64,000 nucleotides of DNA, taken from the NCBI GenBank assembly GCA_964534665.1, contig CAZHRT010000004.1, forward strand, positions 10,956 through 74,955, read 5' to 3'. Position numbers and translations under genes: made by a program. This document shows positions 27,125 to 35,071 of the stretch, in pieces. The DNA comes from an uncultured Methanosarcinales archaeon. Lineage in GTDB: Archaea > Nanobdellota > Nanobdellia > Woesearchaeales > JAHJBD01. The notes beneath the pieces are model-generated. The model was not told the origin of the DNA, ran no database searches, and saw nothing but the letters and a program-made list of their open reading frames with translations. Positions within the stretch are counted from its first letter, which is position 1. Every line of letters begins with the position of its first letter.

Positions 27125-28191
27125 TGTTATTCTTGTTATACATACCTGCAATAGTTTTGTTAGGTTTGATAACTTCTCATGAAGACATGAAAAAAGGAAT
27201 AATCCGTAATAAATTAGTTTTATTTGCAATAATTTATTCTTTTTTTGTTTTAATTATTATTAGACCAGATATAGAATATATCTCTTCTTTTTTTATGAAT
27301 TCTTTCTTTGCCACCATAGCAGCAATTTTATTTTGGCTTGTAAATCTGTGGAGCGCAGGAGATGCCAAGTTATTTATCGCATACGTTTTCTTAATACCCC
27401 TAAATAGTTATGTTTATGGTTACGATAATTTGTTCCCGGCAATGGCTGTATTGGTTAATACTTTTTTACCCTTGTTTGTTTTTTATTTTTTAAAAACATT
27501 TTCAAAAATCACTTGGCAACAATTAATTAAAACTTTAAAATTTTCTTTTGATAAGAAAAAGTTATCAAATTTATTTATTAGTTTTTTTGCAATCTCCTGG
27601 CCATTATACTTTTTATCTAGCATGAACAACATATTTTCAAATTTATTTTTAGCAGTTATTGTTATTTTTTTAATACTCTCTTTACTTGAATTTCTTCTTC
27701 CAGGAAAACAAATAAAATGGTTTATAGTTATATCCCTTATTAGATTATTAATTGATAGATCAATATTAAAACAAGAATTTTGGGTGATGTTCTCCATTTT
27801 CTTTATATCCTACCTTATTTTAAGATATTTTGTGCTTTTCTTATCCTTTAGTGCCTTTACTAAGGATATTAATATTGAAGAATTAAAACCCGGGATGATG
27901 TTAGCTCAAAAAGTTGTTAAAAAAGGAAAGGGGTTTGTATTACAAGACGCATTCATAACAAATTTGTTTGAAGGGCTCAAAAAACAAAAAAATTCAATTT
28001 TAGCACCAAAAGTACTCAATAAAGGGGACATAACATTTATTAAAAAGTCACATAGTGACAATAAAATTAAAAAACATCAAATCAAAGTTCAAGAGTTTGT
28101 ATCTTTTGCATTATTTCTTTTTATGGGGGTTATTTTGACTTTATTTTTCAGGGGAAATATTGTTGTGTTTATATTAGAAACCTTTTTATAA
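27115..28191 (+). CDS. Type IV prepilin/preflagellin peptidase-like aspartic protease (A24 family; FlaK/PibD-like) with extra C-terminal TM helices
   Basis: Two catalytic Asp contexts at the spacing seen in FlaK/PibD: D24 in ITSHEDMKKGIIRN and D~82 in SAGDAKL (GxGDxKL-type). At 358 aa it is ~100 aa longer than typical. Confidence 0.6.
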   Translation: MDIMLFLLYIPAIVLLGLITSHEDMKKGIIRNKLVLFAIIYSFFVLIIIRPDIEYISSFFMNSFFATIAAILFWLVNLWSAGDAKLFIAYVFLIPLNSYVYGYDNLFPAMAVLVNTFLPLFVFYFLKTFSKITWQQLIKTLKFSFDKKKLSNLFISFFAISWPLYFLSSMNNIFSNLFLAVIVIFLILSLLEFLLPGKQIKWFIVISLIRLLIDRSILKQEFWVMFSIFFISYLILRYFVLFLSFSAFTKDINIEELKPGMMLAQKVVKKGKGFVLQDAFITNLFEGLKKQKNSILAPKVLNKGDITFIKKSHSDNKIKKHQIKVQEFVSFALFLFMGVILTLFFRGNIVVFILETFL

Positions 28192-28212
28192 ATTTATAAC
28201 TAACTAATTAAC

Positions 28213-28554
28213 ATGGAATCTGTAAGCAACATTGAATTTTATCAGGATGGGAACTATGCACTAATTTCAGTTAATCCAAAAACGTATTCTCTTTCAACAG
28301 TATATTCTGCTGCCTACACGTTCATTGAAAAAGCATATGTTTTAATTGAGGGGGACCCATCAGAAGAGATTATTGTTGAGATACGGCCTAAAGATAAACA
28401 ACACAATGCAAAACAATTTGCATTTGAATTCAACAACGAATTGCTTCACTACGCACTTTATGAAACAAACACAAAAAGAAATACTGCCGCTCGCGACATT
28501 ATACTAAAGCGTGCTTTATCAACTAACGATGGAACAAACAATACAATTAAATAA
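28213..28554 (+). CDS. HxsD-like small protein (His-Xaa-Ser system accessory protein-like), 113 aa; alternatively a RiPP precursor
   Basis: C-terminal ELLHYALYE resembles the LLNDYxLRE signature of the HxsD family (from memory). Lies immediately upstream of a radical-SAM/SPASM gene. Confidence 0.4.
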   Translation: MESVSNIEFYQDGNYALISVNPKTYSLSTVYSAAYTFIEKAYVLIEGDPSEEIIVEIRPKDKQHNAKQFAFEFNNELLHYALYETNTKRNTAARDIILKRALSTNDGTNNTIK

Positions 28555-28738
28555 ATTCTTTTATCCTAAAGAATTAATCAATCAAGCAGTAAAGGACTAC
28601 GAATCAATTTGCGACATTAAAATAATTGATAATGATCAAAGGTTTATTGTTACACTAGAGCTTAAACAGCCAGGTAACTTAAAAGAAGTTACAGGAGAAT
28701 TTTGCAATTATATTCTGGCCCTTATCAAGAACGCATAA
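28529..28738 (+). CDS. Shorter tandem paralog of the upstream HxsD-like protein (69 aa from MEQ)
   Basis: Blocks shared with the upstream gene: ME...F(Y/F)..., IEGDPSEEIIVEIRPKD vs IDNDQRFIVTLELKQPG, FAFEFNNELLHYAL vs VTGEFCNYILALI. Overlaps its 3' end by 26 nt. Confidence 0.4.
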   Translation: MEQTIQLNKFFYPKELINQAVKDYESICDIKIIDNDQRFIVTLELKQPGNLKEVTGEFCNYILALIKNA

Positions 28739-28767
28739 TATTTTAAATAACAAAATCTTTCTATTTA

Positions 28768-30066
28768 ATGGTTAAATTGAAAAAAGAAAATTCCGACAAT
28801 TTTATTTTACCAAGGTTTAGAAAGTTAGGGGACCAATATCTTATTACCTCTGATGGTGGCCACTGGACTTTTTCAAAAACACCAAAAATTAATAATATTA
28901 ACAACAATGATCCTGCGTGTACACAATATCAACGTAAGTATAAACATTTATTTCAGGGCACAGCATTACACATCATTGTGTTAACATTAAGGTGTAATCT
29001 TAAATGTAGTTATTGTCATGCGAGCGTATTGCCTACAGAGAAACAAGGGAAAGATATTGATGAAGTTACATTAAAAAAAACAATTGATTTTATTTTTCAA
29101 AGTCCTGCAGATAAAATTACTATTGAGTTTCAAGGTGGGGAGCCGCTTTTACGTTTTGATTTAATTAAAAAAGCAATAGATTATGCTTTGTCAAAAAAAG
29201 GTAAAGAAGTTAGATTCGCACTAGTTACAAACCTTCTTCTTATGGATGATGAAAAATTAGATTACCTTATTAGCAAAAAAGTTGGAATATGTACATCTCT
29301 TGATGGTCCAAAGGAAGTGCACGATCAAAATCGTGGTTGCTATGATCTACTTACTAAAAAAATTGATTTGGTAAAAAATAAAACACAACTTAATGCATTA
29401 ATGGTAACCACCAAACATTCTTTAGGCAAACACAAAGAGATTATAGATGAATATGTACTGTTCGGTCTTGACAAAATCCAGATTAAGCCATTAAATCAAT
29501 TAGGTTTTGCTAAAGGCAGACAAGATTTAAGCATTACTTCTGAAGAGTTTATAGATTTTTGGCAGAAATCAATTAAGTATATCATGGAACTTAATAGCAA
29601 AGGCGTTAATATTAAAGAAACTATGACCGAAGTTATTTTAAATAAAATAAAAGGGTTTGTGTCAGATGAAATTTATCTTGATTTATTAAGCCCCTGTGGT
29701 GCAGCAATAGGCCAATTAGCATATAATTACAACGGCAATATTTATTCGTGTGATGAAGCAAGGATGCTAAATGACGACTTATTTTTGTTGGGCAACGTGA
29801 ACAAAAACAATTACAAAGAAATTTTAACTAGTGATAAATGCTGTGCATTAATTGCGAGCTCCATTAATGACACCCATTTTTGTGATTTATGTGCATATAA
29901 ACCCTATTGTGGATTATGTCCTGTTTGCAGTTATGCAGATACAAATAATGTTATACCTCATTTACCAGATTTTAGATGTACTGTACATAAAGCAATGTTT
30001 GACTTTATATTTAAGAATTTTAGTAGCTTGAATGATTCCCATGATTCCCATGGTGGGCATGATTAA
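28768..30066 (+). CDS. Radical SAM enzyme with C-terminal SPASM domain (HxsB/HxsC-like peptide maturase; anSME-like)
   Basis: CNLKCSYC (Cx3Cx2C), GGEPLL glycine-rich SAM motif, SPASM Cys cluster (C..GN.YSC...CDLCAYKPYCGLCPVC). The C-terminal tail is NDSHDSHGGHD. Confidence 0.75.
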   Translation: MVKLKKENSDNFILPRFRKLGDQYLITSDGGHWTFSKTPKINNINNNDPACTQYQRKYKHLFQGTALHIIVLTLRCNLKCSYCHASVLPTEKQGKDIDEVTLKKTIDFIFQSPADKITIEFQGGEPLLRFDLIKKAIDYALSKKGKEVRFALVTNLLLMDDEKLDYLISKKVGICTSLDGPKEVHDQNRGCYDLLTKKIDLVKNKTQLNALMVTTKHSLGKHKEIIDEYVLFGLDKIQIKPLNQLGFAKGRQDLSITSEEFIDFWQKSIKYIMELNSKGVNIKETMTEVILNKIKGFVSDEIYLDLLSPCGAAIGQLAYNYNGNIYSCDEARMLNDDLFLLGNVNKNNYKEILTSDKCCALIASSINDTHFCDLCAYKPYCGLCPVCSYADTNNVIPHLPDFRCTVHKAMFDFIFKNFSSLNDSHDSHGGHD

Positions 30067-30289
30067 CTTCAATTGTATGTGTGTTAGTATCAACATTTAG
30101 CAATAAAGGGCTATATTTCCCTTTTGGATGATTAAAAACTGCTTCTACAGATTTTGCAGCAATCCCAATTACTGCTGCAGTACCAACAATAGCACCAACA
30201 GTCATAATAGCATGCTTAGAAATTTTACCTTCTTCATCTTGTAAAAATGATTTAATCTTCTTTTTTATCTTTGGAAGTAACATAATCAT
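30020..30289 (-). CDS. Small membrane-anchored peptide with His-rich C-terminal tail (candidate HxsA-like precursor/substrate), 89 aa
   Basis: Basic N-terminus MIMLLPKIKKKIK, a possible class-III-like cleavage context (KHA|IMTVGAIVGTAAVIGIAA), and the C-terminus NHAHHGNHGNHSSY. Starts 12 nt after the stop of the upstream radical SAM on the same strand. A chance ORF of this length in ~25% GC DNA is improbable. Confidence 0.5.
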   Translation of the reverse strand: MIMLLPKIKKKIKSFLQDEEGKISKHAIMTVGAIVGTAAVIGIAAKSVEAVFNHPKGKYSPLLLNVDTNTHTIEVNHAHHGNHGNHSSY

Positions 30290-30301
30290 AGATATAAATA
30301 A

Positions 30302-31252
30302 TTAATATTTAAACTTTGTTATAAGTGGGTCATTGTTTATGCCTCCAAGACACTTTATTTTATGTTTACACACATTACATTCTTTTGGTAAAAAAGAATT
30401 TAAACTATCAAAAATCTTACCAATTTGGTTGATTGATACATTTCCCAAGATTTTTTGTGAATAATAATCTGTTTTGATATCTCCTTTTGTATCTACCACT
30501 ATACGTGACCTACCACCATCATTAATCCCACCTACACAAACACTATCTGCTTTATTTGATATACAGAACGGAACAGCATTTGCTATAAAAAAATCTTTAT
30601 TATATTGTTTATTTAATCTTGAGATCTCTTGGATAGCCAACCCCATTTCTTTTATACTTGTATTACCTATAGGTCTAAGAAAAAACCAGTCATTATATTC
30701 AATTTCTTGTGCAATTTTATAAAATTCTTCAAGGCATTCAATATTTTTCTTAATTAAAATTGTTGCAAGCATAACAACAACATTATGTGTTTTCAATTTA
30801 TTCAGTATCTCTTTAATCCTTTTTTTTGGATCATGAAAAGAAATTAATATATGGTCAATATATTTTAATGGTCCATTTCTAAGCAAAGTTCCGTTCGTGT
30901 TAACTATTACATATAATCCCTTTTCTTTTGCATAACTCACAATTTTAGTCAAATCTTTACGTAAAAATGGTTCTCCCCCAGTTAATCTAATAGCATTAAC
31001 TCCAGACAAACAAACATTATCTATTATTTTCTTAATTTGACTTAAACTAGGATCACCATTATTTTTATTAAAACAAAATGAACAATTTAAATTACATTTA
31101 TCGGTTATTTCTATTCTAACCTCTTTCAAATTAGATTTATTTTTTCTTTGTTTGATTAAGTGTTTCAGTCTAGATGCAAGTTTCATAAAAATTAGTATAT
31201 CCTCACAATTAATAAGTTTTTGGATAAGTTTTTTATATTCTACAGTGTACAC
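30302..31252 (-). CDS. Radical SAM enzyme with C-terminal SPASM/twitch domain (second HXS-type maturase)
   Basis: CNLNCSFC (Cx3Cx2C), GGEPFL, C-terminal C...C and CNVCKHKIKC (Cx2Cx5C). The start may be the internal Met at 31186, which would leave room for divergent promoters. Confidence 0.7.
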   Translation of the reverse strand: MYTVEYKKLIQKLINCEDILIFMKLASRLKHLIKQRKNKSNLKEVRIEITDKCNLNCSFCFNKNNGDPSLSQIKKIIDNVCLSGVNAIRLTGGEPFLRKDLTKIVSYAKEKGLYVIVNTNGTLLRNGPLKYIDHILISFHDPKKRIKEILNKLKTHNVVVMLATILIKKNIECLEEFYKIAQEIEYNDWFFLRPIGNTSIKEMGLAIQEISRLNKQYNKDFFIANAVPFCISNKADSVCVGGINDGGRSRIVVDTKGDIKTDYYSQKILGNVSINQIGKIFDSLNSFLPKECNVCKHKIKCLGGINNDPLITKFKY

Positions 31253-31258
31253 TAAGTT

Positions 31259-31927
31259 ATGAGATGGGTAATGTTATTTTTAGTGATAGTTGCTTTTTTG
31301 TTATATGAACCAATATCTTTTGAATTATATCTTAACAATGAGTTCTCAGGTAATGCTAAAAAATTTTCAAATAAAGTTATGGAAGGAAAAGTAACATATT
31401 ATGTTAATAATTATTTTACAGAACAAGATTTAGCACCACTATGGAATTTATTATTTTCTAAACACTATTTTTATCCTACAAATTACTTGTCTTTTAATCA
31501 AAGAAGAATACTGGTAAATAAGGTATTTTCATTAAAGCCATCAACTTTGGAACAAGCTTCTGACCAAGTGAATATTCTTAAATATGGTTTGGGTTTAAAC
31601 AACGCTTCATCGACCATACCTTTTAGCCAAACAGGCAACATAATGCTCAAAAAAAATGTTTGTTCAAGTAAATTTAAGATTAATGTAACAGATTCATGTG
31701 AAGTTAGCAATTATATGGACTTATTCTTCTTTTGTGAAAACTCTCTTAGCAGTACAGAAACCGAAATGGTAGAGGGGGCAACAGAAGGAAATTGTGTAAC
31801 ACATTGTAAAGAACATTGTTATAATCCAGCACAAGTTTATGTTAACCAAGACTGTAAAAGCATGTTTGAAAAAAAGTTAATTGACCCAAATGTTAATTTC
31901 CACTGTATATTTTTAAAATGGACCTAG
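31259..31927 (+). CDS. Hypothetical secreted/membrane-anchored Cys-containing protein (222 aa)
   Basis: N-terminal hydrophobic segment MLFLVIVAFLL and ~10 Cys in the C-terminal half. Embedded between two radical SAM genes. Confidence 0.35.
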   Translation: MRWVMLFLVIVAFLLYEPISFELYLNNEFSGNAKKFSNKVMEGKVTYYVNNYFTEQDLAPLWNLLFSKHYFYPTNYLSFNQRRILVNKVFSLKPSTLEQASDQVNILKYGLGLNNASSTIPFSQTGNIMLKKNVCSSKFKINVTDSCEVSNYMDLFFFCENSLSSTETEMVEGATEGNCVTHCKEHCYNPAQVYVNQDCKSMFEKKLIDPNVNFHCIFLKWT

Positions 31928-33177
31928 ATTTACTAAATTTGTCAAAACACGGCATAAGAAAGAAAAAGTATGATCACGAATTTATTTATAGGTATCCTTC
32001 TTCTAGCAATATGCCCAAATTTAATCATGATGGATTTTCTATTACTACAAAAAAAGCTGCATTATACCTCCACTTACCTTTTTGTTCTAGTCCATGTAAA
32101 TTTTGCCATTATTATAAAATACCTAAACCTAATCCAAAACAAATAACAAAATATTTAGAATATGTAAAAAAAGAAATAAAGTTCTATAATGGTATTAAAG
32201 CAACATCTCTTTTTTTGGGTGGCGGAACACCAACATTTCTTGAGTCAGAACAATTAATTGACATATACTCTTACCTAAATGATGCATTCTCTATTGGAGA
32301 CATTGAAAAAACCATAGAATCCAGCCCAGAAACATTAAACAATAAGAAAATTAATACTTTAGCTGATTTGGGATTTAATAGACTAAGTATTGGTGTTCAA
32401 TCATTCAATGATTCGATAAATAAAAATGTTGGCCGAGCACATAATACTAATCAATCAATTCAAGCTATTAATCAAGCAAAAGATGCAGGGTTTAAAGTTA
32501 ATGTTGACTTAATTTATGGTCTACCCTCACAAGACACCAATTCATGGAAAGAATCTTTAGAAAAAGCATACAGATTAAATGTTGATTCTATAACAGCATC
32601 AGAACTTAGGGTGTTACCAGGATCATATTATTACTACACTAACGAAAAGTTCGCATCCGAAAAAAAAATGTTGGGGATGCACGAAACATTTATTGATTTT
32701 TTTCATGATAAAGGTTACAATTTAATATTCCCTTACCAATATTCAAAACAGAAATTTGATTTTTTAGAAACTCAATGGGGCAATAAACAGTTTTTGGGTT
32801 TAGGCGCATCTTCCTGTTCTTATATTGACAAGTGGGATTATAATAATGCTTTTCCTTTGGGCCTTTATTACAAATATATTGACAAATATGGTTATGCCGC
32901 AATTAAAGGGAAAAAACTGAACTTACAAGAACAAATGTTAAGAGAAATCTTACTTGGATTAAAGATCATTAATAAAGGAATATCTAAAAAAGAGTTAAGT
33001 GATAAATATGGTCTTAATAATTTTAAAGTTTTTGATCAATTAGCAGACCTTAAACTAATAGATAACAATCAAAACATAACTCTCACAACAAAAGGAACCC
33101 TATTTTCAGATGAAGTGGCAAATTTTATACTCCGAAAGTTTCAAGCATCCCATCTTCTCCAGAACCAAACTCCATAA
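31918..33177 (+). CDS. HemN/HemW-like radical SAM protein (oxygen-independent coproporphyrinogen-III oxidase family)
   Basis: CSSPCKFC (Cx3Cx2C), GGGTPT and IGVQSFNDSINKNVGRAHN motifs typical of the HemN/HemW family, plus the HemN C-terminal domain. Confidence 0.75.
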   Translation: MDLDLLNLSKHGIRKKKYDHEFIYRYPSSSNMPKFNHDGFSITTKKAALYLHLPFCSSPCKFCHYYKIPKPNPKQITKYLEYVKKEIKFYNGIKATSLFLGGGTPTFLESEQLIDIYSYLNDAFSIGDIEKTIESSPETLNNKKINTLADLGFNRLSIGVQSFNDSINKNVGRAHNTNQSIQAINQAKDAGFKVNVDLIYGLPSQDTNSWKESLEKAYRLNVDSITASELRVLPGSYYYYTNEKFASEKKMLGMHETFIDFFHDKGYNLIFPYQYSKQKFDFLETQWGNKQFLGLGASSCSYIDKWDYNNAFPLGLYYKYIDKYGYAAIKGKKLNLQEQMLREILLGLKIINKGISKKELSDKYGLNNFKVFDQLADLKLIDNNQNITLTTKGTLFSDEVANFILRKFQASHLLQNQTP

Positions 33178-34978
33178 CTTCATTTAGTTGTAAATCAAAC
33201 ACTTTTACTCTCGACCTTTTCATATCAGTAATATATATCTTATTTCCTTCAATTGCAACTTCAAGTATTGTAAGTTCGTCTTGATCTTCACCAAAATCAC
33301 CAAAGGATTCAAACAATTTAGTATCAAAATCATATATCACGCCTTTTCTGTTTGTATTATCTGCAAATACTAATCTATTATCTTGGGTTAAGGCTAAACT
33401 TTCATCAAGTTCACCTATGCTGTCAGGTATGTTTATTTTTTCTATCAAATTAAATTCTTTGTCAAATACATTAATTGTTCTACCAAAATCATTTGTGACA
33501 ATTAGCTTTTCATTATTGGCTAATACTCCTAAAGGTAATTTAATATCATCAATAGTTTTTATTAACTTCAATTCTTCATAAACTTTAATTGTTTTTGTAT
33601 CGTCTTCTACAGCATATAATTTACCATTACCAAAAGAAAGGGCCATTGGAGAATATATATCTTTGATTGTATTTTTGTGGTTTAGTTCATTATCAAAAAT
33701 TTGTATTCTATTGTTATTCTTATCTGCAACATAAATATTACCTTCTATATCACTGGCTATCCCAGAAGGATTATTAAAATGCTCATTACTAAACCCTTTT
33801 CCAAGACCAATTTTTCCAAGGTAAACTCCTGTTTTATCAAAAAAGATTACTTTATTGTTTAATGGATCTGAAACAAAAACCTCATCAGAAACAGTTATAA
33901 AAAAAGGCGCAAATAAAGCACCCATTATTTGTGTTTGCAAACTAGCTAATTCTTTAACATAATTTAATTCTTTATCAAGTACAACAACTCTTTGGTTTCC
34001 ACTATCTGCAACATAAATTTGCCCTTTATCATAAACTAACCTGCTAGGTAAATAGAATTGGTTTATTCCGTTACCAAGGCCACCATTTTTTTTGATTAAT
34101 TTGCCTTTTTTATCTAGTTTGATGATTTGATGGTTCTTATGGTCAGCGATATAGATATTATTCCCAGCTATAGCAATTCCACTTGGTCTTGAATCTGGGA
34201 CATCTATGTTTTTAATAAATTCTAAATTTTTATCTAAAACTTTTATCCTTTGATTATTTCTCTCAATTACATAAATTTCTTTATCAACAACAATATCTGT
34301 TGGATTATCAACATTTACACTAGTTACTTTTCCATCAATTAATTTTGCAACAGTCCCAGTTCTATCATCTGTAAAGTAAAACCCTGTTCCAACATCAAAA
34401 CCTAAAATACCTGCATCAACACTTGGCGTATCCAATAAAGTAGGTATCAAATTAATTAATTCTTTAGGTAAACTAATTGTTTCAATGAAATCTAGTTCGT
34501 TTGAATAAACTTTAATTTTTTGATTAAATCTATCTAAGATATAGATTTTCCCATTTTTATAAACTACATTTGATGGGAACCTAAATAAGTCATCATCTGT
34601 TCCACCATTAATAAATTTAATATTTCCTTCTGCATCATTAGTTGTTCTTTCTCCAATTGTATCTACATGCAAAAGAGATTTTTTGTTATAAGCCATAATT
34701 CTATGTCTCATTTCATCAACAACCAAAACAAAATCTTTTGCAATTGCTACATCTGTAACAGAAATTGGGTCAACTTGGAAAGGAATAATCTCTTGGCCAC
34801 AGATAGCTTCACAACTTCCACCACAATCAACTCCTAGTTCACCACGATTAAGAATGCCATCATAACAATGCATTGTATACTTAGGTTTAGGTATAATCCA
34901 TAACGCGATTATTATAATTATTGCAATTAGAATTATTATACTAACTATTTTTCCTTTATGTTTTTTTGAAACCAACAA
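33125..34978 (-). CDS. NHL-repeat beta-propeller protein, N-terminal TM anchor, extracellular
   Basis: Signal-anchor IVSIIILIAIIIIIALWII and at least six NHL repeats (GKIYILDRFNQKIKVY, NIYIADHKNHQIIKLD, QIYVADSGNQRVVVLD, NIYVADKNNNRIQIFD ...). Confidence 0.7.
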   Translation of the reverse strand: MLVSKKHKGKIVSIIILIAIIIIIALWIIPKPKYTMHCYDGILNRGELGVDCGGSCEAICGQEIIPFQVDPISVTDVAIAKDFVLVVDEMRHRIMAYNKKSLLHVDTIGERTTNDAEGNIKFINGGTDDDLFRFPSNVVYKNGKIYILDRFNQKIKVYSNELDFIETISLPKELINLIPTLLDTPSVDAGILGFDVGTGFYFTDDRTGTVAKLIDGKVTSVNVDNPTDIVVDKEIYVIERNNQRIKVLDKNLEFIKNIDVPDSRPSGIAIAGNNIYIADHKNHQIIKLDKKGKLIKKNGGLGNGINQFYLPSRLVYDKGQIYVADSGNQRVVVLDKELNYVKELASLQTQIMGALFAPFFITVSDEVFVSDPLNNKVIFFDKTGVYLGKIGLGKGFSNEHFNNPSGIASDIEGNIYVADKNNNRIQIFDNELNHKNTIKDIYSPMALSFGNGKLYAVEDDTKTIKVYEELKLIKTIDDIKLPLGVLANNEKLIVTNDFGRTINVFDKEFNLIEKINIPDSIGELDESLALTQDNRLVFADNTNRKGVIYDFDTKLFESFGDFGEDQDELTILEVAIEGNKIYITDMKRSRVKVFDLQLNEVMEFGSGEDGMLETFGV

Positions 34979-35071
34979 TACACCTCTTATTCAGCCATAC
35001 TAATAACTCTTATTTATTTATTTCGGTTTTAGTAAGTTTTATATACTATTTACACAAGAAAATGTTATAGG

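Noticed and set aside
30020-30066. Calling the His-rich tails as bona fide H-x-S tandem repeats identical to bacterial HxsA
   Set aside because: Only 3-4 H-x-(S/N/D) units are present, far fewer than in described HxsA proteins. The resemblance is noted but the assignment is left as HXS-like.
30474-30722. Plus-strand 82-aa ORF
   Set aside because: Lies entirely antisense within the minus-strand radical SAM gene (30302-31252).
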